64,000 nucleotides of DNA from Chiloscyllium plagiosum (lineage: Eukaryota): the NCBI RefSeq assembly GCF_004010195.1, contig NC_057718.1:18437689-18501688 (forward strand), written 5' to 3'. Position numbers and translations under genes: made by a program. Shown piece by piece: positions 12,920-25,332 of the stretch (its first letter is position 1; every line of letters starts with the position of its first letter). The notes below the pieces were generated by a model. That model was not told the origin of the DNA and made no database searches. It saw nothing but the letters and a program-made list of their open reading frames with translations.

Positions 12920-15200
12920 AGAGGGTACAGACATTATTTCAATATGGTGAATGAGCCATCAGTAAAAATCATGTAGATAGATGGAGAACTTGTTGGGGGG
13001 GAGGTGATTAATTGTGCGAGGTTGCACGGATTTTGGCCAAACTGCACTTCTTAAAAGAGAGGGATCATGTAAGTTGTGAAGCTTGCCTGAAGATGCTACA
13101 TTTTGTATAAATTGGAAGGAAGTGTGAACTCAGGAGTACCTTTGTATTAGACAGTGTCTCGGAGCCTTCAATCCCGGAAGGGACTTGGAGCATGAACCTT
13201 TTCCTGGTGGGTGGGAGATCAGTCCATCACACAGTAAAAGTCCAAAGTGCCAGACTATGACAGTCCAGACTCTTACCCTTTGCGCAAGCACACAAACAGA
13301 TTCAATGATCTGACATGAGCTGTTGAGGTTAGACTTCCACTCACAGCTCCATTATTATCAACAGCGCCCTGGAAGCTGCAAAGACTAGTTCATGGCCCCC
13401 ACTTCACTGTCTTCACACTCAATCACAGGAAACCCCTAAGCAATCTTGTCTCCTGATTCAATGACCATACACTTCACTAATCCTACTCTAGTCATTACTG
13501 TTCTCCCTCTTGCACACATCTGAAGCTTTTCCATCATGTCATCCAAAACATTTCAGACTAAACACTAATGTTCTCAACACGCCTTCAGTATACCTTTTTC
13601 CCGGCGTGCCTCCTCCCTTTTTCCAGGGCAGATTTGTGCACAATTCCAGAGTGAGGAGAGATAGTGAAGTGATCATGCTGTCTTTCAGAACATAAAAGGA
13701 AGTAAGTTTTACCTGCAATTGTATAGAGTCTTGGTCTAGAGTCTCGAGTGGCATATGCAATTTTGGTCTCCTCACCTAAGGAAAAACATGATTGCATTAG
13801 AGAGAGTGCAGTAGAGGTTCAACAAATGATTCCCACAGTGGGGCAACTGTCCTGTGAGGACGCACTGGATAGACTAGGCCTGGATTCTCCAGTGTTTCGC
13901 AGAACGAGTGGAAATCTCTCAAAAATAGGTGTTTGGCAGGATGGATGGTAAGAGGTTGATTTCCTAGGCTGGGGACATGGAGAATTAATAGTCTGAGGCT
14001 CAGAATAAAGCTATTTAAGACTGAGATGAGGAAACATATTTATTCTCTAAAACATTTGTGCATCAGAGGGTTATGAATGCATAATTGTTGAGTCTGTATA
14101 TTTTCATATACTAAGAGATTCAAGGGAAATGGAGATAATGTTGGAAATAGTAGCTGAGACATATGATCAGATATCATCTTACTGAATGGTAGAGTAGGTC
14201 CTATGGGCTGAATGGCTTATTCTTGCTCCTACATCCTTATGGTAAGTTTTCCCATTGACAGAAGAGAAAGCCTTGTATATCTTTACCAGCATGCGAGCCT
14301 GAGCAATGGTAGATGACGAGGCGGATTGTTACATGCAATGATATTTTTGGACTTCTAACCATACCTTCCGTTTATGACTAAATTACACAGAGCCACACCA
14401 ACTTGACCTCACCCCTCCACACACAATCTGCCTCACAGTCAGAGTCCATACTTAGTAACGACTTGCTTGTGACTTACCATCACCTTTTAGTTACTAACTA
14501 GACTTTCCAGGTTTGGGGTGCAGTCAGGGCTCAGTAGCAACAGGAAAGGAAAAGGACAATACAACCGAAGGTGCACTACTTTTGATTCTCACTTAACCAT
14601 GTGTCCAGCTCATATACCTGACTGCAGGGAATGACATGGAGCGGTCAAAACTGGCTGATGCTGAAAATCGAGGTCAAAGTGTGACAGATATGGACAACCT
14701 CGATCCACATACAAGAAGGAAACCCTCCAGAGAAGGTTTGTTCTGGGTCAGTAAGAAACCATGAGGCTTACCAGGAAAGAGTTGGAATGTGCATAATATC
14801 ATTGAAGGATAAGTCCAGCAGTGGCCTCATGTGAGCCACAGGGTTTAAACTCATTCTGATGATTATTAAGGCAGCAAAACATTGGTACATTGCTTGAGAA
14901 AGTGCAGCACAGCCCACAAATGGTGGAAAAGTTAGGACTCCACTGTCACTAGTTTTCATTGCCTAATAAGATGTGTTGAAATCATTTTATTTTTGTCTTT
15001 GTACATGCAAAGAGATCCTGGTATCAATAATATCATCACATGCATGACATATTGATTCTGTCAGGGTCCATTGTAAATGTCGCAGCTGCATAATAAAGGT
15101 GAATTATTGCCCAGCTCCTTTAACAACCTTTAATTGAGACATTAGTCATCTTCATACCAACCTCTTGACCTTTACATCAGCCAAAGAATTCCTGATTTTT
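12920..15200 (-). mobile_element. Highly decayed retrovirus-like (class I ERV-like) pro-pol relic
   Basis: Minus-strand motif remnants in retroviral order: IIDTRISL (protease DTG-like, ~15030), MSWTHG and GHK/ASR-like (RT, ~14610-14460), KTYFLLCSERQ (tether, ~13700), CVLA/AKGKS (RNase H, ~13280), SPPTSSPSIYMIF (integrase start, ~12980); interrupted by CR1. Confidence 0.5.
13740..14242 (+). mobile_element. CR1 LINE 3' fragment, degenerate
   Basis: LSCEDALDRLGL.., 'tttaagactgagatgaggaaaca' and the 3'UTR 'gggctgaatggcttattcttgctcctacatccttatg'. Confidence 0.85.
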
Positions 15201-15749
15201 GTTTACATTGTTTATTCTTTTTTATTTCAGAAGCACTTTTAAGTTAAACAGCAAACATCTCAAAAGATACCAAGTGCTGCAACCATAGAAAATATAAAAC
15301 TTTAAACCAAAACTCACACCAGATTGTATAGTTTAAAATATATTTTTGAATTGGTTTTCTCTCCACCCTGACCTTTCTGTATGTGGTTTGTTTCTCCTGT
15401 CCTTAAGGTGAATTAAGGATCCCATTACACAAGAGGGTGGATGAACAACATTATTGCAGGCTGGTACTGATGTAACTCTGCAGACAGGCAAAAAAAAGAG
15501 CTTAGTTGAGAGCAGACTTTTTTCATTTATTCATTCCTGATGCATGACTGTCACCGGCACGACCAATATTTATTGCCCATTGTGAATTGCCTTTCAGAGG
15601 TTTATGGTGTGCCATCATTTTGGACCACAGCTTTCATGCAGTGCAAGTACATACAGGGTTCTTTCTTAGCAGTTGTCCAATTATGTTTAGGGTCTTGCTG
15701 AGCCATTTCAGGGATTGATTAAGAGACAATTTCATTGCAGTGGGTCTAC

Positions 15750-16160
15750 GTCTTCAAAATGCGGCTGGAGGTCTGGATCAGGACTTTGACTCTTGGAGGT
15801 CGAGCCCAATGCAGTGGTGAAGGAGGTCCCCCGGCATCTGGTGCGGTGGTGAGAGCAGGCAGCCCCAGGTCTCCTGGAGAGCAGGCCAAAGTGGAGGAGA
15901 TCAAGGCCTTACAGGAAGTGTGAGCCCAGCATGACTCAGCAATTAAGAAAGACTGTTGAACTTTTCATGTTAATTCTTTATTTTTACTTTATACTAAGAA
16001 GGACTGTGATGATTAACATTTGATGTTGTTTCTTTATTTTTCAACTTTGTACCTAAGATTTTACACCTAGGTACCTTTGGATCTAATATAGTGCCAGGAA
16101 TGGTGACCTTGTACACTTTTCACTGTGTCCAGGTACTTTTGTATTTGAGTACAAATCTAC
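15750..16160 (+). mobile_element. Unclassified repeat with GC-rich body and 'tacacttttcactgt' tail
   Basis: Tail 'ggtgaccttgtacacttttcactgt..gagtaca' shared with 44380-44925 (+) and 33820-34750 (-). Confidence 0.55.
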
Positions 16161-16532
16161 TTTTGTTTCTAATAACCTGAATCGTTTAGTGTTTGGAATT
16201 GTTAGGAAGTTATAAATTGGCTCCAATATTCATGTAGGGGGCTGTTTTGGTACAGCGGTAGTATCCCTATGTGTGGATTCAAGTCCCACTTTCCATAGAT
16301 GTGTACGATGACGAGCTCCAAACAGCTGGATTTTTTAAAAAACGCATGTCCTGAAGACATATGTCTTCCTTTAGAAGCTGGAATTGCCTGTGGGGAAACA
16401 AAACGTGCTTATCCAAACATCCTGCCGTGAGGTCACAGAGGAAGATGAAATGCTTTGACGGACTTTTGTGGCACAGTGGTAGCGTCCAGTTACATCCCAC
16501 TGGGGTAAGTCAACCGCTACTATTCCCAGAGT

Positions 16533-17360
16533 CGTCACAAGTGTGAAAGATTTTCTCAAACTATGCAAAGTTCCCCAACTTCCTTTTCTTTCTGACTCAG
16601 TTTGACAGAAAGCAATGACCAAGTTCCTCTACTTAACAAGAATTACTATTGATTACAAACAGATTTTATCCACAGATAAACAGTAAAAACCGCTGACATA
16701 TACTTGGTGAAACTCTAACCCATTATTAAACTCTCAGAGCACAGACATACACAGACACAAAAAGAACATGGGTGTTATGGGTGGAAAGAAAGACTGGGAA
16801 GACAGTTGATTGTCCCTATCTACATGCTCCACGGAGATGACCCTTTTGACTTGTCAGGACTTGCCACTGCTCAATCTTCCTTCTTCAGGCACTTTCACTT
16901 GCAGGATGCACAGAGTGACTGTTTCACAATTTAGACAGTCTCTGACTTATTTTCTAGCTGGTGAGGGGAAATAAACTGACTTCCTGCAGGTGTTTTTACT
17001 GCAGACGCCTCCTGCTCTTCCAAAGATTCAAGGGCTTCTGACCAAACATTTAAACCCACAAGTTGTACGGCTACCTGGGAGCCAAACACAAAATTGCTGA
17101 CAGGCAGAAGGCCTTTGTATTTGACAACTGATCACCACTGGATAGACTAATCAGCTACATGCTGTCGGTTCCATTTCTCTTCATCCACCCCCTGACTCCA
17201 GCTTGCCTGTAGTAACTTTCTTCACTGTTTGAATAAACAGCAGTTTCAGCAACAGTTACAATGAGCATCAGGTAATTTGTTTTTAATAAGTTCAGTAACC
17301 TTTTGCAATTGCTTGGTATTAAAAACAGACTTTGTTTTCAATTCGGCCCACAGTCACAAC
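16533..17360 (-). mobile_element. LTR-like segment
   Basis: Bounded by 'gtcacaa' motifs, with composition like a reversed LTR; no TSD confirmed. Confidence 0.35.
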
Positions 17361-17524
17361 TAGAGAAAAATAAAGAGATACAGTGTCTAACGTTCATGCT
17401 TCTGGGCCAGAAGGTCCAGGTTTAAGTTCTAGTTGTGCCAGAAATTGAGTTGATTCAAAATACTTATTCTGTTGAGGGTCTTGTATACAATGGTAGAGTC
17501 CCTACCATTGGGTCAGCTGATTTG

Positions 17525-17810
17525 CGCACCGCCCTCATGACCTATCTTACCTGTCCATCTTCCTTCCCACCTATCCGCTCCAAACTCCTCTCTGACATAT
17601 CACCATTATCCCCACCTATCACCATTATCCTCTATCCACCTATTGTACTCTCAGCTACCTTCCCACCCCCTCCCATTTATCTCTCCACCCCCTTGACTCA
17701 CAAGCCTCATTCCTGATGAAGGGCTCTTGTCCAAAACATGTATTCTCGTGTTCCTCAAATGCTGCCTGACCCACTGCGCTTTTCTAGCGCCCCACTCTCA
17801 ACTCTGATCT
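17525..17810 (+). mobile_element. Penelope pLTR fragment with decayed hammerhead, inside a tRNA-like SINE
   Basis: C-rich tract then 'cattcctgatgaagggctcttgtccaaaacatg' (GAAA box mutated); related to the 2607-3142 family. Confidence 0.8.
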
Positions 17811-18567
17811 GGGTTCCAGCCCTGACTCGGAGGTGTGACACATACAGATTGCTTAATCCAAGACTTCTGTATACTGTATGGAGCAGGTATGACAGAGGCT
17901 GATTTGGTTAAAGTCAGGCAATGATGACCACTGTCATACAAACTAGGCTGATGACTTCCATTTATCTGGCACAGTAAGTGTCAGCTTTCCATCTTGGGAA
18001 TCTATCTAGACCAAGCATCAGAACTGATTTGACCGAGCTTTGACTCCTTTGGTTTACTCTTGTCCTTACTTAAATGCAACAGATTGGTGCCACTGTCTAA
18101 CAGCAAGCAGCCTTCTATTGCCCAGATGAGTGGAAAGGAACACAGATCACCTCAGGGAACTGTACACTTTGTCCTCCACCAGATGCACAAATTCCTACCC
18201 CATCCTCCATGAGCAATGAGAACACAGGGAGGCAGATCCATTAAACCACTACAGCATGATAATTGGATGGTTGCGGTGGGGGGGGGGGGGGGGGTGAAGG
18301 AGGTGGGGGGGTGGTGTTGGTGTGGAGAGAAGAATAAAAATGGAAATACGTTGATGCAAATAGTTCCTGCTTCGAATAAATGTCTTGGGGAGAGGTGTAG
18401 TATGAGGAATTAATTGCTGCTATGCTAATACCTCAAGTGCATCATCAATGATGTCAGATGATCTCAGCACAAGTGGAACTGAAACCTGAGGGAAGGGGTT
18501 TCTAAATGATTGCTGCTGGACTTGGCCTCTCTAAGTAGCAGAAACAATCCATTAAGGTTCACTTAAG

Positions 18568-18838
18568 GGCAGCACACTCGTTAACATTGCTGCCTCACAG
18601 CACCAGGGACCCTGGTTCAATTACAGCCTTGGGCGACTGTCCGTGTGGAATTTGCATATTCTCCCCATGTCTGAGTGGGTTTCTTTCCACAGCCCAAAGA
18701 TGTGTAGGTTAGGTGCATTAGTCAGGGGAAATGTAGAGTAATAGGGTGGGGGAATGGGTCAGGGTGGGTTACTGTAAGGAGGGTCAGTGTGGACTTGTTG
18801 GGCCAAATGGCCTGTTTCCACACTGGAGGAATTCTATT
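18568..18838 (+). mobile_element. HE1-type V-SINE
   Basis: 'tgctgcctcacagcaccagggaccctggttcaatt..gtgtggacttgttgggccaaatggcctgtttcc'. Confidence 0.9.
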
Positions 18839-21218
18839 ATTTACACTAGAATGGTTTCCAGTCCTTATCTGACAGAAGCATCCAGAGTCTGGATTGTGTT
18901 GTTCACAACCAACCAAGAAGGTACATTGGAAGGTCTCATCCAAGGACAGCACCTCTCTCAGTGCAGCACTCTGCCAGTACCACACTGGACAATCAGCTTG
19001 GGCTTTTGTGGTTGAAGCTTGTATTGGAACTCAAAACCACAACCGTCTGAAAGTGTGACCAAAGCAACAGTTGATATAAAACTTAATTGGCATTATCCTG
19101 TTAACAATGAACAAGAAGGGGTTCCAGAATACAAAACAGGAGTCTGCCATTTCAGAGAGGGGCAAACTCAATCAAAAGGCCCTTCAGGGAGGCCCAGATG
19201 GAGGAAGGGGCTATCTGCTTTGAAGATTGAAATTAAGGCTGGCGATAAAGAGGATACTAGGAGAAAGTGAGGACTGCAACATTTATTCTGCATTTGACCT
19301 GTAGTGGTGGTGACAAAGAAGAATTCACAGTTGCTGTTAAATGATGGGTCTTTGATTTACATTGATTTGTGTATCACTTACAAACAGGCATTAGTTAACC
19401 TGTTTAAAGGGTTCTACTGATGCTGAAATAATTCGCTGGGGAATATAGTCTGAAAAGGCTACCTCTGACATTGTACATTTGGAAGAAGATTCCACATTTA
19501 TGCAGGTATGAGAAGAGAAAGTCAGAGATCGACATGCTCCTGGGCACAGTGGGTTACAGGAGCAGGAAGCCTGACTGTGTTATTCTTCCTGTCTAATAAA
19601 TCGGCATGGAACTAAAGCATTATCGGCATGGAACTAAAGATATCAAACTTTACAGCAATCACTACAGTGAATCTGATGCATTTACAAAGCGCAGCATTAA
19701 GTAACACTCTAAGTCAATAAATGGACTGACTGCTCCCCTCCAGTCTGATCTCTTTCATCGCCAGAAGCTGATCAGTGCCAAAGCCATTGGCTTAGATTAA
19801 GACCGCATGCACTGCACACTCTGCTCTGCAGATGTTCCTGAATATTTAGATGGAATTAATAAGAGGATGTTAGAAAGCACCAGTGAAGAAGTTTTGGTGA
19901 GTCGCCAACTATCTATAACAGCACTTACTTATGTATCCATTCAACACTCAAAGTATGAGGTATAATTCAGTAATTCAGATTTTTTTTGCAGTCTTCACAC
20001 CTCTGTTTGGAAATGCCACCCACAGGAATAACTTCAAATATTGGAGTTATAATGCAGTGGTATTAATCACAAATTATGGGAGTTCAAGATCCAAACAAAT
20101 CTCATAAAGTAGTCAGAATGCAAATGGAATTGGCTGAACTATTGTCAGGAAGTAATGGGTCAATTACAACAAGTGAGATCATCAAATAATTGCAGTCGAG
20201 AGTGAGATCACCAAAACCCACTGATAATTAGAATTCTTTAGTTCCACTGTTTTCCCAGCACCTTACTTTCTGAAGGGTTAGAGGTGATGTCGCTGAGTTG
20301 CAACCCACATGATCAGTGAATCACAGCTTTGGAATTTATGAATCATCTGTTGGAGATATCATAAGAATGCTGTAAGGGTGACCAAGTCGGAAAGTGATGA
20401 AGTGTGGGAGGAAGTGGGAGATTGGACAAGTGAAGATAAGCAATGTGACTGCAAAAGCAGCTAATGTGAGTAGGATTCAGGGCCAGAACTGTCAGAAATG
20501 GGGTAAGCTAACAGGCCTAAGCACTAGAACACTCGACAACATTTCTTTGAAAGAAGAACTCAGCAGGTACTGAGTTAGGAATGGACTGGTCCTAAAGACT
20601 AACATGATCAGATTCTTCAAGGACAATCATGATTTGTTTGTTTCTGGAACTGAATGCCATCAGTACAACAAATCAGTCTAAAAAAAAATTATCAGGCATT
20701 GGGATGTGATCTTTCGGATCTGGTAGCAGCAGGCCTGAAGGTGGGAAGTGAACTGAGTTACACAGGATGGTGTCAAACCAGAACCCCACTTCCTTCCTGA
20801 CCTAAAGACCCTAGCACAACATTTGCAGAAAATCCAAGAGAAATGTCACAGTTTAGAGGTTTTAAGTCCCTGTATGGGTTGATCTGTCACCAAGGTACAA
20901 AGTTTGCTTCGAGCAAGGTGTTTATTTCTGATGTGACAATACTTATGTTTGCCCTCCCCCCACCCCCATAACATAAAAACTAGATATGGGTAATGTGTGC
21001 TGAAAGATTCAACAACAATTATTACAGCTTCTCATGTATACATGCATTGAGTGTCACAGGCCTTTCAATGGTGGGCTGATAAAACAGTTCAATGCCTCTA
21101 TCTGCATGTCATGCTTCAAATGGCCTCAGTTAAGGTAGGATCTGAGATTTTGATATCATTAAATTGCATGCTATAACATGGTAATGATATTGTGAGCATG
21201 CGTCTTTAATTATACAGT

Positions 21219-21508
21219 ATTAGATTAGATTCTCTACAGTGTGGAAACAGGCCCTTCAACCCAACCAATCCACACCGACCCTCCGAAGACTGACCTACCC
21301 AGACCCATTTCCCTTGACTAATGCACCTAACACTGTGGGTAATTTAGCATGGCCAATTTACCTGACCTGCACATCTTTGGACTGTGGAGGAAACCCATGC
21401 AGACACTGGGAGAATGTGAAAACTCCACACCGACAGTTGCCTGTGGCTAGAATTGAACCTGGGACCTGGTGCTGTGAGGCAGCAGTGCTAACCACTGAGC
21501 CACTGAAA
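21219..21508 (-). mobile_element. HE1-type V-SINE
   Basis: Reverse HE1 with an (ATCTA)n tail. Confidence 0.9.
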
Positions 21509-21919
21509 CTGTGAGACATAGCACAGCATCCTTCTTTAACCAAAGACGTTTTAAAACATCGCAGAGAAATATATATGGTTATGTATAGTCACATGTTGTC
21601 AATTCGATCATTATACAGATAGAGGAAACAGAGTTTACAAGATTAACACTTCAAACAGCAAAATAATACTTTGGAGGTTTCGCAAGTCATCCTGATTGAT
21701 ACTTCCATACCTATCTTGAGAGGTATTTGTTGTGTGCAATTGTTCTCGATTGACAATTATTTCTGATCTTGCTGCTGACTGCTTTTATTCAACAGCAACC
21801 ACATAATCATCATTGTCAGTGTTTTCTTCCTCACTATGTTCATCAATGATTGGCATGGCTGAGCTGGATTCTGTTCCTCCATAATGCTGCACAGTGATCA
21901 GGTATCACCTTGTGAAAAA

Positions 21920-22050
21920 GTAACCAAAGAACTGCAGATGAATCAGAAATAAAAACTGAAATTGCTGAAAAACTTCAGCAGGTCTGGCAGCATCTGTGGT
22001 GAGAAATCAGAGTTAACATTTCGCGTCCTGTGATCCTTCCTCAGAACTGA
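21920..22050 (-). mobile_element. Penelope-derived (MER6-like) fragment with hammerhead-like motif
   Basis: Minus strand 'ttctgaggaaggatcacaggacgcgaaatgttaactctg'; same family as 28128-28368 and 33962-34083. Confidence 0.7.
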
Positions 22051-23306
22051 GCACCTGCAATTCTTTCAGCTTTTATTTCATATCTGAGTCTTCTACAGAG
22101 CTTCTTTACTGAACATACTCATGTGGGAAATTCTTTAGCTCTGCGTCTTTTACAATATTGTTATCCCAGTCTGGATTAGTACATACATTGAAACATGCTA
22201 GTACATATACTGGATTATACAGATTGAGTCTGTATTAGCACTGAGTCTGCATTAGTACCTATTCTAAATACCATACAGTATATTCACCTCGCTGACATTA
22301 TTTTATTTTGTTCCATTATATCTTTCCCACCAGTCTGTGGCTAATAAAATACACCCAGCAATGTTACTCCAGGTCTTTCTTTTCTCACAAAACAGATTCT
22401 ATCCTTGACCCCTCTTGGACATCTCTTCAATTTCAGCAATATAATATTTCCCTTAATAGCTCCTGCCACTCCTTTCTATCCCTATCTGGACACCTTGAAC
22501 ATCTTTTATCCAGACATGTTTAATACTGTTTTTAAGCCTGGATTCTATTGTCGCCACAGGTTCATAAATCTGCTTGGTTTTTCTTTCACTTTAAAATCAG
22601 GATGACAATTTGTTTCTTTTAAGAAAGGAGAGACAGGGCTTCTCACTTGACAGAACGTAGATTTTAAGCAGAAAGCCTTCTGGTTGTTTGACTTGCAAAA
22701 CATTACTCACAGAAAGAGGTGCTGTTAGTTTTCAGAATAGTTTGAATTTGAAGCGTATTGTCTACCTGATCTTCAAGAATGCTTCCAAGTGTCAACCACT
22801 AAGAACATTGATTCTTTTATAAAGGGCCACTGATGTTTACTATCTCAGCAGGGAACCACCTCATTCCACCATGATGTACACATTTCCTCCAGTACAGTGT
22901 ACACAACTGATGCAGCAACACTTACATTAGCTCCTATAATGTAAGAACTAGATGTGAGTGATGTCGCACTAAAGGATTCAGCAAGCTTTTACTCCAGTTT
23001 CTGATGTATGCACACAAGCAATTCAATGTCTGGGCTATTATTAAGTTATTCAGTCACATACTGTAGCACACCTCTATCAGTGTTACATGCTTCATGTGAC
23101 TCCAGTAAAGATGGAGCCTGAGATCTTTACACCATTGAATCATCTGCTACAATATAGTGATGATATAATGAACATGTCTCTAAAGGATATACTAGCAGTG
23201 AGACAAAATACAACTGATAACGAGACTGTGATGTCTGGAATAAGGCTTGCCGTCTGCAGAAATGTTGAACAAGTTGGTGTGTAAGGAAATAGAAAGGAGG
23301 ATTGCA

Positions 23307-23645
23307 GGACTCTTGCGGTGTAGTGGTAGTGTCACTCCCTCTGAGGCAGGAGAACTGGTTTCAGTTCTACCTGCTCCACAGCCATGTAATAACATCTCTG
23401 AACTGGCTGTTTACAAATCCTTGAGGGAGTTTGTGTGGCACAGTAGGCAGTGTACCTGCCTCTAAGCCAAAAGTGCTGGGTTCAAGTCCTTGATCCTCAG
23501 GACTTGATGGCTCAGAAGGTCTGCATATCATAGAAGCTCTTGTGGCATGGTGGTAGTTTCCCTCCTTCTGAGCCAGGAGGCCTGGGTTCAAGTCCTGCCT
23601 TCTCTAGACATATGTAATAACATCTCTGAACAGGTCATCTAGAAA
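23307..23645 (+). mobile_element. Three head-to-tail short tRNA-derived SINE units
   Basis: Units starting near 23307, 23425 and 23537, each with an A-box-like 'gtggcryagtggtag', 'cctct(g/a)agcc' loop and B-box-like 'gggttcaagtcc'; related copies near 16238, 17475, 38005 and 54478. Confidence 0.7.
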
Positions 23646-23729
23646 CTACCTAGAAAGGACGATAGGTGACAGCACTCTACTCAGACTCAAGCTACCAGCA
23701 GTTGCTATAAAAACAAAAGATGATTGACG

Positions 23730-24210
23730 TTATGCTCATTGGAGCTTTGAAAGAAAGGGAAGTAATCTGATTGAAACATACATGATTGTGCAGGGGTTTG
23801 GCAGGGTAGATGCTGAGAGGATATTTCCCCTATTGGAGGAATTGAGAATGAAGGATACAGTTTAAAAATAAGGGATATTCCAGTTAAGGTGAGGTTATGA
23901 ACATCTGCATCTCCAAACATTTGAATTAGAAGCAGGAGCAGGTCAGCAGTAGGAGTAAGATGAGAATGAATTTGATGTCTCAGTTGGAATGCTTGAAATT
24001 CACTTCCTAACTAGCAGTGGTGTTTGGCTCATTCAACATATTTAAGGCTGAGTTAGTGAGAGTTTTAATTGACAAGGGAATTGAGATTCAAGAGCATTGG
24101 GATAAAAGTGGAGTTAAGGCTACATTCAGATCAGTCTTTATCTTATCATGATTGTACCGAATGATGAGGCAGGCTCATACTCCTGCTCCTATTTCTTATA
24201 CTTGTATGTA
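23730..24210 (+). mobile_element. CR1 LINE 3' fragment, degenerate
   Basis: 'ggtagatgctgagaggatatttcccc..ggatacagtttaaaaataaggg' and 3'UTR 'actcctgctcctatttcttat'. Confidence 0.8.
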
Positions 24211-24804
24211 TGATTTTCTGACTCAAAGACAATAATACTACCACTGAAACCCAGCTGGCACATGGCATATTATTGCCATACACAGCCTTCAATCTGCTTT
24301 TAAGACAGCCTACTACATGGGTGTAAAGGATCATACTTTACCAAACCTCCTTAACAATATAAAACTGGACTCTTTAAAATATTAGGCAGCACTCAGGTTT
24401 CCCATGGTTACATTTTCAAAAGGCTAAGTTAATCCTTTCTATTTCAGGCAGAATCTTATCTGAAGAGCAGGTTTCTTCCCTTGGATTAGTAAATACATAG
24501 GATGGAATTTTCCTCTCCATGGAGGTGACAAGAGGGGCTGCGAGAAGGGGAAATATTTGGGCAAGTTAGTCCTGGAGAGATACTCACTTATCTCTCACCA
24601 CCTCATCAATTAAATTCTGGATTAGGAAGTCTCCACTCAAAAGTAATTAAGCAATGTTGTTAATTGGTATATTAATGGCCACTTAAGGCCCTCAATGTGC
24701 CATCTCCCATTTACCTGCTTTTCCTGGCAGGGCGAAACTGTGCCTAGTTTCCTGACCAAGTGACCAGACTGACCTGTCAACCAGGTTAGGGAAGGGATCT
24801 ATTT

Positions 24805-25332
24805 AGAGTCGCAGAGTCATACAGCACGGAAACAGCCCCTTCAATCCATGCCGACCATAATCACAGATCAAACTAATCCCACCTGCCTGCGCTTGACCAT
24901 TTCCCTCCAAATGTTTCTTATTCATGTACATATCTAAATGTCTTTTCAACATTGTAACTGTACCCCTAACCACCACTTCCTCTGGAAGTTAATTCCAAAC
25001 ACAAACCACTCTATGTATAAAAAATATTACCCCTCATGTCTTTTTAAAAACTTTTCTCCTATTGCCGTTAAAAATGTCCCTGGTCTTGAAATTCCCCCAC
25101 CCTAGGGAAAAGACACCAGCCATTATCTATGCCCAATGTGATTTATAAACCTCTATAAGGTCACCTTTAATCTCCTATGCTCCAGTGAAAAAGGTTCCAG
25201 TCTATCCAGCCTCTCCTTATAACTCAAACCCTCCATTCCCGACAACACCCTGGTAAATCTCTTCTGAACTCTCTCCAGCTTGATAATATCCTTCCTATAA
25301 TAATATCCTTTCTGTAATAATATCCTTCCTAT
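24805..25332 (-). mobile_element. CR1/HER1 LINE 3' fragment
   Basis: YRKDIIKLERVQKRFTRVLSGMEGLSYKERLDRL..SLEHRRL in ORF 25153-25455. Confidence 0.92.

Noticed and set aside
18275..18320. Poly-G tract as a functional G-quadruplex or promoter
   Set aside because: Simple homopolymer with no CpG island or gene context
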